Part shown: piece by piece, positions 12,121-23,694 of the stretch
How positions within the stretch are numbered: position 1 is the first letter of the stretch
Layout: each line of letters begins with the position of its first letter
NCBI GenBank assembly: GCA_043228905.1
Contig: JBHGNT010000015.1
Span: forward strand, 9,424,001-9,488,000
Reading direction: 5' to 3'
Length of the DNA stretch: 64,000 bases
DNA from: Azolla caroliniana
Lineage: Eukaryota; Plantae; Polypodiophyta
Position numbers and translations under genes: made by a program
Notes under the pieces: generated by a model
Database searches by the model: none
Seen by the model: the letters and a program-made list of their open reading frames with translations, nothing else
What the model was told of the DNA's origin: nothing

Positions 12121-14102
12121 CATGCTCAACATGAACTTCACCCCAACTTATATATCATGTGTTTTGGGGCAGTGAATGTTGTCTACGGACATGTAGTTCA
12201 CGAGCAGAAGCTATTGTGATTGCATAGTGTAGGGAACTTGTCATACAGCATTTACTGTCCATTTATAATCCCATGCTATGAAATTCTTAACAGAATTTGG
12301 AGTAATATGTTTTAAATAGTCCATTTAATGGTCACAATATTGGAACTATATAACTTTTATGCATGTCCATTGTGAGTTCCTAAATCTAAATTTTTAAGCA
12401 TTTTAGATTAACAGTTATTGGTTTAAAGTTTATGTGATGATCACGATAATGAACTTTCATACAAGTTCACTGTGAGTTCCTAAATCTAAATTTTTTGTGC
12501 ATAATCAGGAAAATAACTGGGTGGTTGCATATTCAGTTTTGAAATCTATTGCATATTTCCTATTGGGGAAAAACTGTCAGTGGCTACTGGTATCATAAGG
12601 CCAATTTCTAGGCGTGCATGATCTCAAACTATTATCATGAAGAGTTTTTATACTGTATGCAACTCGTTTGATTGAGATTGAAACCAGGTGTTCATATTTG
12701 AAATTTACGCTTTCAATAAGGCAAGCTTGTAGGCTTATGAATTTATAAAGGTAATTTGTAGGCTCCACATAGATTAATTTATAAGGCAACGATTCTTTGT
12801 GTCAATATAACATATTCGTATTCTTTGCATTCATATAGAAGAAGAGCTACAGAGCTATATTGCTAGGAGTGCAGATCCCAAATGTGCATATTAGAGGACG
12901 TGTATAGAAATCATATAATAGGAAGTTAATATGGGAATCTGTTGATGAAGATTTAGCTTATAGGTCTTGTAAAAATAAAATTTCACATGTTATAGAAAAC
13001 ATACAAGATTCCTCTTGTTGCTTACTTCAAGATACATGTTTATGGGATGATAATATATGAGTGATAATCCGTGTTGGCTTTTACAACTTGAAGATTTATT
13101 TTCTAACTTCCTCATACCTTCTAGCTAACACTTACTTACTTTATCTGCAACAATTCAATAAGGTTTACAATAAGAAATGCTAAGAGTAGTCAACTATGAT
13201 GGCAAATGTACAATGGTGTCAAGTTTCAACAATGTTGAATCACAATGCACACTAGAATTGTTTACTATTATGTGAAGTTTAAAGAACGCAGATGACAAAT
13301 CAACACCACAAAAAAATCGTGGAAAAAGGAAAATATTATATTAATAGTAGACGGTGAAATGCAATACAATGAAGGAATGACAAGACAATACTCAATGTTT
13401 ATGTGCTCTTAATTGTGTAGGTATAGATACAACTCAATGACATGAAATAAAGAATTGAGCTCTCCATAAATTTGCTACCATATATTGCATTCACTAGGCT
13501 AATCCATATACTGCATTAACTCAACAAACCATTACCTTTGTTGGTGTTTGTTCATGCTATCACTCCCTGTCAAGTAATTCATCCTCACATCTTGAAGTCA
13601 TGGTTCATCTTTTATAACATAAATTGCATATTGTCTAAATTCCAACATCATCCATGTTATAAATTTAGGGGCTGATTCAAAAGGCTAATTTCAGTAGTTT
13701 AGGGTAGGTTATGTGGGAAAACCAATTATTCTAGGAGTTGGGATAAACCCCTAAGGATCTAAAATACGTGTATACATGTGGTGGCCTAGGAACCTAAGGA
13801 GTTGGGCTATATAAGGAGAACTAACTAACCCTTAAAATTGCTTAAGCATCCTTAATCTAAATACTAATTGTTCACCATTAGTACTCAATTTTGTGGTTTA
13901 TTTTTTCACGATTAATGAGTATTCTCCATCAATCCAAGAAACAAAAGGAAGTTATGAGTAAGACTTCTCTTCTTGGGCCAAGAAATTCTTGAATCCATGA
14001 AACATCAACAAAATTACATGTAAATATCACTAAGCTATGAAATATGTGTTGTTATTACATCTAATAAAGAATTCCCAACTTAGGCCAAAACAACGTTGGA
14101 AT

Positions 14103-15180
14103 TGTTAAGAAAAAAACAGGAACTCGGCCTCAACCAAGTCGAATGCGGAATGGAGAATCAAGCAAAATCAACGGTAAAACAAAACAAAATAGAGGTGCAC
14201 AAGATATATCGTGGAAAACCCCAAATAGGATAAAAAACCAAGGGTGCCCACAGACAACAAACAAATCACTATAGAAAGATATACAACGACACAGACACAC
14301 ATGCACCGACTTGAGTTCGTTGTCTTCACTAACTGGCGGTTACAATAGAAACTTACTTTCTGTTCTACTTCTCTCTCTCTCTCTCTCCCACTCTCTGTAT
14401 ATACACAGGCAACACTCAACTAGAATAATCATCATTCATACACCTAGTTGCCCTAGTTATATTTATACTCATATAACTTTTCGGGCTATTTACAAGTATG
14501 GCCTCAATGGCACACATAGGAACATATTTACCAATAAGTCCCTTCGCATGGTTCACATTGGATCCGGCTGGATGCCTTCCGAATCCATCCGGTTAGTTTC
14601 CGGATGCCTTCCGGATTCATCCAATCAGGCTTCTTCCTCTGACTTGACCAGTTCCCATCCAGAGGGACTGATATCTCAACAATCTCCCCCTTCAGTCCGG
14701 TATGGGGTCTTCATCAGTCTGATCCACCTTTGGCACACATCCAGCTTGTCGGCTGACAACACCTTGGTCAGCATGTCCGACCCGTTCTCCTTTATGTGGA
14801 TCTTCATCAGAATGAAGTCTTTGTCTTCTACTCTCTCTTGAAGCCAGTTGTATCTGTGCTAGATGTGCTTCATCTTGGAGTGGTAGGCCATGTTTTTAGC
14901 AAGGTGGATGGCGGTTGGATTGTCGCAGTAGAGCCGATATTCCTCTTGCAGGATCCCCATCTCTCCGATGAAGTCCCTCATCCAAATTACTTCATTTGCC
15001 AGCGTCCACGACTGCCATGTACTCCGCTTCCGTTTTCGACAATGTAACGGACTTCTGCAGCCTCAACTGCCATCTTACTACTCCCCATACATATGTCATG
15101 ACGTATCCGGATGTAGACTGGCTGGTATCTGCATAAGCCAACAATCTGAGTTAGTGAATCCTTCAAGTTGAGGTTTACCG
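14103..15180 (-). mobile_element. Ty1/copia 3' remnant (C1): 3' LTR, PPT and RNase H end; related to C2/C3/C4
   Basis: LTR 14103-14681 shares motifs with the C2 LTR (ctcggcc.caacc, gtggaaaacccc); PPT GAAGGGGGAGAT; RNase H end ENGSDMLTKV; abrupt junction with gypsy RT at ~15181. Confidence 0.85.
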
Positions 15181-17048
15181 AAAATGTAAGATGAACCTCT
15201 TCTAACCTTGAAATGATTCTTTCACAATCATCAATGTGGTCAGCAACAAATTTTCTACATCCGTTCGGCATGAGCTTTTCATCCTTCTTATTGATCGGGC
15301 ATCCTTTAATTGGAACATCATCTAGAAAAGGCATAGTTACTTTTGGCACAAAATCTTGTAAAATTTTATTCATAGCATTCACCATATGTGCTACAGAGTT
15401 TGTAGCACCTTGAGGCAATGTACACATTCACATCAATCCAATCGGTTCTTATAGTAGTTATATCATGGCTATCAATAACAAGGTGAAATTGATCATATCC
15501 TAAATACAAATCACACATAGAATATATAGTTCTTCTTGCGAAAGCTTCTGTAAAGGCATCTACAATCAGTCCAACACCGGCGTTTCGAATAGTAACTCTA
15601 TTGACATGCTGTAAATCTTGAATGAACCTTAATAAACCATTCTTTTTAGGTACAGTAAACCATTTATTCGAGTAAGGGGCCTCTGATAGCTCCAAGATAC
15701 CCATTTCTATTTTTTCCTTAAGCAAAGCTATTACTTGTGGTATTTGGGCCCGAGGAACAGGGATAGGCCTTAAATTCCAAGGAATATGCGGAACTGTAAA
15801 TATAATCATTGGTTCCACAACTGTTGGGTCTACACAACCATTTTACTTGACTTGAATGCAAATGCTTTCCCATGACTAGCAATTATATTTCGAAAACATT
15901 GTATCTCAACAGGCAAAAGAAAATCATTCTCACCAATTTTTAGTTGATCTAGAGTAGCATTTGTAAACTTATGACCAATATCCTTAGAATCCTGTAATAT
16001 TGCCTCAAACATGACATTCCTTTTCATTTCAGTACTATCCATAGGTAGATACATGGCCACGGGCTTGACCTTTTTGTCTATTGTTTTATATTTAGTTTTA
16101 ACTTTTATTGCATAGTTATTTTTACTTGCTTTTTTAGCTATTTCATGATAGCTATTGCCAACTATTTCACTATAAGCTATACAACCATTTTTTTCAATAA
16201 AATCAGCAATATGAAGGTACATATCCACATAATTTACATGAACAAATCCCTTGTCACATTCTTTCTCATTCAAGCAATTTTCTAATATTTTGATTGTATC
16301 CACATCTGAATATTCAAGAAACATACCAGTAATTATGTCATCCATTTCAATCATCCTTGAAGTGCACAATGCATCCAACATTTTCTTGCTCCCTTTATTT
16401 TGTGCATGACTTTCCACACCAAAGTAACAGGTAAATCCATCCATTGTATTTGAGAAAGTCTTGATTGTTTTATTAATTGGAAAACATTTTTGCAAGGAAA
16501 GAAAAGCTTTGGGACCATTGTGTCCCTGCTCATCAATGATCCCATTTAAAAATCCGACTCATACGATGACATATCATGCTCACATGACTTAATTCATAAT
16601 TCTTCTTTCTTTCTATCATGCTCCTGCCTAACAGTAAGAAATTGAACACTCCTTTCACCATCGGTGCTCCGAATCCTAGCATATGTTGAGCCATCTTCAA
16701 GCACCTTCGTCTCCATCCTAGAAGATGTGATATATGGTTGACTGAGAATCATTGGGTATGACGAGGTCTTTTGGATAGAAAGAAAGAAAGAAAGATAGAA
16801 GAAAGAAAGATAGAGAAATGTTGCTCCATTGGCACATCTCCAATGGTGACTTTGATGTTTGGGCAAGCTCCATGAAGTTCCTCAGTCATTGAATTAGCCA
16901 ATTTTACCCTCCACCCATGATTCGTTTCCATTGGCCATCCGCCCTTCTCGTAAATATCATAAGAAATTAGATTAATTTCTGAGTTGTGGTCGATTAAGGC
17001 CACGACCGAATCTTCAAGGTTTTCAATCTTCACGGGTGTCTCAGTTCT
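15181..17048 (-). pseudogene. Ty3/gypsy element G1: protease and 5' part of RT, degenerate and 3'-truncated
   Basis: Protease-like VALIDHNSEINLIS; RT motifs VPKKNGLLRFIQDLQ, TLPQGATNSVAH, PFLDDVPI; many stops and frameshifts. Confidence 0.9.
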
Positions 17049-17060
17049 TGTAATCGATGC

Positions 17061-17428
17061 TGTTAACTCTTAGGGCTGGACAATGGCCTAACACAGGGTG
17101 TCTACGGAAGACACTTCACCAAAGGGGTGTTACGGCAAGAGGATTAGGCTCAACGATTAATCCGACTTAATTAGGTTACTTAGCAAGATCGTCCTTAATA
17201 ATCACACGCGTAAGATATAACAATGAATGCAGAACGGCAATTAACACAGAGAGATAAAAACACTAAGCTTCATTAATTATCCGCTGCTCATTACATTGTA
17301 TCCGGGCCTTTAAATAGGTTTCCGGTTTGTAATACAAAACGGTGCCATCTGCACCTGTTCGGATCGGTCCGGATCCGGAATGGCATACCGATTCCGGTCC
17401 GTCCGTCCACACTAATAGCTTACTTACA
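17061..17428 (-). promoter_or_regulatory. G2 3' LTR-like region (U3/R/U5-like), present only at this end
   Basis: Minus strand: weak purine tract AAGGAATGG, then TGTAAG at 17428; TATTTAAA at 17309-17316; ends GAGTTAACA at 17061. The inner boundary is inferred. Confidence 0.6.
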
Positions 17429-20400
17429 ACCATTCCTTAATAATTAAATAACTCCTTCGTTTCACACTTTGGACTCCTATGTCGGCCAGTAACACATGGC
17501 ACGCCCGTGGGACAGTACCTTGTACGTCGAATCCACCATCCGACCCTTGCTATTCTTCGTCCAAAATATCCAGAATGCTTTGTTCGAGAGTCTCCAATGG
17601 TTCATCTGGAATTGGTTGTTGTTGTTGTTGCTCCGTTGATGGCCGCTGCGATTGGTCCTTTGGTGGCTGCTACGTCTGCTCCTCCGTTTGTTGCTCTGAC
17701 ACCGGCGTTTCCGTCGTTTCTCCCTCCGTCGTAGTGGTCTCCGGTTGACTGGTTCCGGCTTGGCCCTCGGCCGGCGACGGTTCCTCATCGCTAAGGTTAA
17801 CCATTGCCACTTCTTGTGCTTTTTCTTCCCGAACCCGGGACCGCTCGTAGCTCTCAAATTGGATTTGAGTGTCTAGCCTATCATCGTCCAGCTGAGCTAC
17901 GAGTTGTCGGACCTGCACCAGCTGTTCATCCGCTAGGACTTGGAAGTCTTCAGCTAGCTCGTCCCGTATGGTGGTGAAGTCCTCGGAAGTCAATCATCTC
18001 CTTCCTTTCGCCGGTTTTCCACGTCTGCTCGTAGCAATTGGAGTTTCGCCGTATTTTGTGCCCACTTTGTCCACCATCTTACGGAGCTTTCGTCAATCAA
18101 GCATTTTGTCTGATTCAGCCATGCCCAGAGGATGCATTGAATCCGGCCCGTTCCCATCTGCGATTTGATCTCCGCAACTTGCCGTTCCTCCTTCAATTGC
18201 TTGATGATTTTGACGTTGTCTTCCGCCTACTCCTTGTAATGCATCAATTGCCTTTGATATGTGCTTTGTAATTTTTGCAATACCGTTGTCACTCTCTCCC
18301 TTTCTTCCTGCTGTTGACTCTGGAGCTCCATCCGGACCTTCTCCGCCTCGTCCAACCGTCTTGTATTTTCCACTCGTTCGTCAGCGAGCGCCATCGCAGC
18401 CTGATCAACTTCCTGCCGGAGCTCGACCATCTGTTCCTTATGCTCTGTTTCCAGCCGTTTGTAGTCCCAATGCAGGTGCTCAAAATCATCTGTCTTTTGC
18501 TTGAGCCGTACGTTGATCTGTCGATGAGCCCGGTCCTCGCGGTCCTTCTGCTGGCGGAGCTCCTCCTTTAGCCGTTCAATTTCCGTTTCCGCCGTCTTCC
18601 GCAACTTGTCCTTTTCCTGCAGCACTTTGTCTTTTTCCTCCCTTAGCCGGTCGTAAGCTTGATGGCCTTTCCGGAGGCTCTCCTCTGCCCGACGGAGGTT
18701 CTCAGCCGTCTTCTTTAATTTGGCTTCGGCCGCAGTCTTCAATTCCCGTTCACGACTCCTTAGCGCTTCTTGGGCGGCAAGTTCATCTCTCAATTCCGCA
18801 AGCTCCTGGGCTTGCGCCGCATCTCTCTCTGGAACGGTTTCCGTTGCCGGGGTCTTATTAGTATGTATAGGTTGGTCTGTTTCTTTATTCTGTACACTTA
18901 CCGGAGTCACCGGTGATTGGATCTGTGTTGCCGTTAAGGCCATTTTGGCCATTTCTGCCGTGACCTGATCCAAGTCTTTTTCAAGGCACCGGATTTTGGA
19001 CCGGGCCGTCTCTAGTTGTTCGGTTGTGACGAGCAACCGTTCGCTTTGCGCTCTTTCTTCCGCCTCAATATACTCCACTGCTCCGGCAATCTGTTCGCCT
19101 ATCCACCGGAGCCACAGGCTACCGGTGCATTGTTGTTGCGCTTGCACGGAGGTTTGACGGATGGACTTGCTTGTAGGTGGGTGGTCCCTCCTGATTTCGC
19201 CGAGTTGCAATTCCGTTTTTGCCCGTGGACCACCCTGTTGTCTTGGTTCCCCTTGCGCTTCTTCTTGGTTGACCGAGGGAGGTTGCATTGACCTTTCCGG
19301 CTCTGGCGGAATGGGACTTGCCGGTGCTGCCGGTGGTGCAGGGGCTTCTGATTCCGGTGCCATGCGCACCGGTTCCGGTTCCTCCCTTGGCGTGGGAGTC
19401 TCAGTATGGGGAGCTGGTGTTCCCTCCGTCTGAGGGTCTGAACGTTTCCCGGCTGCCTCAACGGTCCTTCCGACGACCGTCGCTGGAGGTGTTCCGTAGG
19501 CTCCTCCTCTATTTCCTCCTCCTAAGTCTCGGCATTGAGTTTCGCCGCCAAGGGGTCCGCTTCTCTATTCCCCGGTCGGCGGAGTGTAATCTTTACGGGC
19601 CGTACCGGTGGTTCCTCAGGCGCATCCGTTGGCTGCTTCCGGCTGGCGCTCTCCTTTCCCGCATGTTCTGCGTCCGCCGCCTTCCCCTTAGTGGCCTTAG
19701 AGGCTAACAACTGTTGTCTTTTGGAAGCAGTCTTTGGGGTGCCGTCCGCCACTCTTCCCCGCTTCTTGGGCTGGACGGGCTGGACGGGTGGCACAAGCAA
19801 GGTGAGCCACTGCGTTACTGCGTGCCATATCCTCCATCCTTCTTGGCCTTCTTTGTCGTCTTTTCCTTTGACGATCTCGATCGCCGCACACAAACCGTTT
19901 GCGATCAATACCGGCCAATCCACCTTGATCCCTTCATAGGTGGCGATGATCATCCCTGCCCGGTTTTGCGGCATGACAGGGGGTCTAGGGTACACATGGC
20001 CGTATTCGTGGAGCACACGGGCAATCTCTGCCGCCCTGTGTCCGATAGCCCTTGCTGGCTAGGGAGTACTCACCAAAATACTTGATGAGTTGCTCCGAGG
20101 TCGGATTCTCGATCGTGAATATGCCTCCCTCCGGAAGGCCTGTTAACGCACGGATCGCCTCCGCCGTTATGACCTCTGTGTCGATTTCGTTGATCACCTT
20201 GTCGGCTTCTTTGTGTGGTAGTACCTCCATAATCGTCAAGAAGCCCTCGAGCCCGTGTTGCTTTAGCCATTTCTTGGCAGCTTCCGACAACGTTTGCGAG
20301 GTCGGATTGTGGTGGCGAGGTTGGATGGTGATGAGAGTGAGAGTGAGAGTGAGAGAGAGAGAGTTCAGAAAGCGGGGGTTCTCTGTGCGTAGGTTCTCGT

Positions 20401-20516
20401 CTAGTGATCTTCCAACGCCTTGGTGCTTCTGTGCTCCTGGGTTCGCGAAAGTAGAAGGTCTCCATGCGCTGTGGTTTTTCTTTGTGCATTCTGGCGCCTT
20501 TTTTGAGCGTGTGCAC
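17424..20516 (-). pseudogene. G2 extra ORF downstream of integrase (~1000 codons, fragmented): plant-transposon-protein/PMD-like N-terminus, low-complexity linker, long coiled coil, acidic tail
   Basis: Collinear ORF pieces 20516-20070, 20290-19985, 20016-19522, 19369-18227, 18196-17990 and 17993-17670; motifs ITAEAIRALTGLPEGG and YEGIKVDWPVLI; E/K/R/L heptad-rich segment. Confidence 0.7.
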
Positions 20517-20737
20517 GTCGTGTCCTAAAATAGCATTATGTCCTGTGGCAGCGCTTAAATGCCCATTACGTACCTTTTCGCTCCTCGCTCTCTCCTCCGT
20601 TCATACCTCGCTTTTGCATGATTACTTCGCTTTTTTATTTTATTTTATTTTAAATGTAGTGTGAGGTTACTTGTCCGTTGGTCCTATCGGACCCTTACCG
20701 GCCTCATTACGGATTGCCGTCGCCTCATTCTCCCCTG

Positions 20738-23694
20738 TTACCGGCTTGCCGTTTCCTCCGTCTTGGTGGTTGCCGTTTCCGCACCCGTGTCGGTCCTTTG
20801 CTCAAATGGGTTCTTGGGCATCGGTCCTCTATATGGCTTCAATCTGAATCTGTTGATCCATTTGCCTAGCACTTCGCCGGCAAGTGTCCCTAACTGGTAG
20901 GACCCATTATACTCACATGTCAGCCAATACGGGCCGGTCCATCTAAACCGTAGTTTACCCGGCATCTTGCCCATCCGGGTCTGAAATACTAACACCGGCT
21001 TACCGATTTCGAACATTTTTTCATTTCCTTTCCTGTGCCGGTCGACAAATGCTTTCCGTCGCCGTTGTTCCAATTCTAAGTGCAGGATGCTTGCCAGTCG
21101 TTGTTCCTCGAGTTCACACAACGCTGTTAACCGTATTGCCTCCGACTCCTTCTCGTTCAGCCGTTCTCGTAGCTGAATCCGTAAGCTTGGTACTTGGAAT
21201 TCCACCGGCATGACCGCCTCTAGTCCGAATGCTAACCGGAACGGTGTTGTTCGGATGCTCGTTTTGTATGCTGTCCGGTATGCCCAAAGCGCGCTATGTA
21301 GCTTGGTATCCCAATCCGTTCGGTTTTCGTTGACGATCTTCTGGAGGATATTCTGGAGCGTTTTGTTCGTCGACTCAGCTAACCCGTTTGCTTGCGGATA
21401 GTACGGTGTGCTCCGTTTATGGACAATGGCATAGAATGTCGTCAGGCTTTCAACTACTTGGCCGAGAAAGTGCCCCCCTTGGTCGATTATTAATTCGATT
21501 GGGCATCCGTAACGGCACCAGATGTATTCGTATAAAAATTTTGCCGTTGACGCAACGGTGTTGTCTCTTAAGGCTTTGGCCTCCACCCATTTCGTGCAGT
21601 AATCCGTCGCGACGATGACGTACCGATTACCTGTTCTCATTGCCGGTGGTTTGAACGGTCCAACGAAGTCCAGCCCCCACTTCTGGAATGGTTCGAGTGG
21701 TAGTACAGGCTAGTGTGGCATCCGAGCTTGCTCCATTGGCTGGCCCATTGGCTGGCATAGGTCACATTCTTTTGCGTACCGTACAACATCTCTTAATGTA
21801 GTTGGCCACCATAGGCCACTTTGCCATATTTTCCTGGCCGTCGCATCTCCGACATAGTGACCTCCGGCAACTCCGCAGTGGGCTTCCCTCAGTATGAGGT
21901 CCTTTTCATCGCTGCGCACAACCCGTCTCCATATGCCATCCGCGCCCTTGTGGTAAAGTGTGTCTCGCAGTAAGCATAAATGTCGGCTTTGCACCGCCAG
22001 GCGTTTCCTTTCGTCCCGGTTCATCTCTTCCGGAGGCAGTCCTGTGCTCAGAAACTGGTGCATATTTGTGACCCACTTGTCTTCCTGTGCCACCGTCTCA
22101 TCTGCTGCTGTTTCCGTAGTGACTCGAAACAGCTCCGCATCCGGAAACTCGTCCGCTACTCCGTCGCCCGTCTCTCCGGACTCTAATCAGCTTAAATAAT
22201 CCGCTACGGCATGTTGTATACCGGGTCGGTGGAATATTTTGAACTCGAATTCCTGTAACAGTAAGGTCCACCGGGCCAACTTACCGGTGAGTGACGCCTT
22301 GGACACCAGGTAGAGGAGTGCCGAATGATCTACATGGAAGGAAAACTTCCTTCCCAATAAATAATGCCGAAACTTTGTCACACTGTAGATCATCCCTAGA
22401 GCTTCCCGTTCCGTGGTAGAGTAGTTTCGTTCCGCTTGGGATAGCTTTCGGCTGGCATAGTACACTGGCCGGTACCACTTTGGCTCCGTAAGCTGCATCA
22501 GTACGCTTCCGATTGCGATGTCGGAGGCGTCCATGAACACATGAAATTCTTTACTCCAATCCGGAGGCTGCACTACCGGTGCTTGCGACAATAGTACCTT
22601 GAGGGCCCTATGCGCCCTATCCTCGGTGTCGGTTCACTGGAATGGTGTTCGATGTACCGCGGCATGCAACGGTGTAGCCAGGTTGGCCAAGTATCAGAGC
22701 ATCCGGCTGTGCCACCGGATTTGGCCTAAGAACCGGCTCAATGCCTTTGCCGTTGTCGGCGCCGATGCTTCTAATATGGCTTTCACTTTGTCCGGGTCGA
22801 CTACAATGCCTTCCTGGCTCACAATATGTCCTAGAAGGGTTCCACTAGACACGCCAAATACACACTTCGCCAGATTCAAGCTTAGCCGGTACGCTCTACA
22901 CTTTTCTAGACAAAGATGGAGGTGCTGAAAATGGTCCTCTTCTCGGCTATAGACGGCGAAATCGTCAAGGAAAACCTGCATAAAAGCCGGGATATATTCA
23001 CCAAAGATTTCCATGATGATTCGTTGGAATGTTGCCGGTGCGGTTTTGAGTCCGAACATCATCACCACGGCCACAAACACCCCCCATTCGGTGACGAAAG
23101 CCATTTTCTCTTGGTCGTCGGGGTGCATCCGGATCTGATTATACCCGATGAATCCGTCTAGAAAGCTATAGACCTCATGGCCGGCGACGGCATCCACACT
23201 CCATCTGTGAACGGAAGTGGAAACGCATCCGTTATCGTAGCCGCATTGAGTTTCCGGTAGTCCACACAAACTCGAATTTTTCCGTTCTTCTTCGGTACGA
23301 CTACGATCGGGCTCAGCCATGTCACTTTCTTTACCGGACGGATAAAGCCAACTCTTAGCAGTTTGTCGATTTCCTCGACTTTGGCGGCATAATTGGGATT
23401 CATCCGGTACCGTCTTTGTGCCACTGGTTTTGCGTCCTTGCTCAAGTGAATCTGATGCTGGTATAACTGAGGGTCGAGCCCTCGCATGTCTTCATATGAC
23501 CAGGCAAACACGTCACGAAATTCCGTGAGAAGTGTGATCATCGCCGTTTTGTCTTCGAACTTCATCTCCTTGGCGATGTGCACTGGTTTTGCTTCGTTAG
23601 TGGTCCCTAGGTTCACCTCTTCAAGTTGCGACGCTTTTACGCGCTGTGAAACGGCCATTTCCCGTTCCAACGCTTCCTGCGTTTGCCGTAACTC
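20738..23694 (-). pseudogene. G2 pol (RT, RNase H, integrase), mildly disrupted
   Basis: RT (KKNGKIRVCVDYRKLN, MMFGLKTAPATFQR, FLDDF); RNase H (FMDASDIAIG, YSTTEREAL); HHCC zinc finger (EAHCG..GH..CDLC); integrase core (IIDQGGHF, YPQANGLAE); GPY motif. Confidence 0.95.

Noticed and set aside
13680-13900. LTR-like segment with TATATAAGG
   Set aside because: No TG...CA boundaries, TSD, PBS or second copy could be established.
17424-20516. env gene / endogenous retrovirus interpretation of the G2 extra ORF
   Set aside because: No signal peptide or transmembrane segment is visible; the sequence is hydrophilic and coiled-coil.
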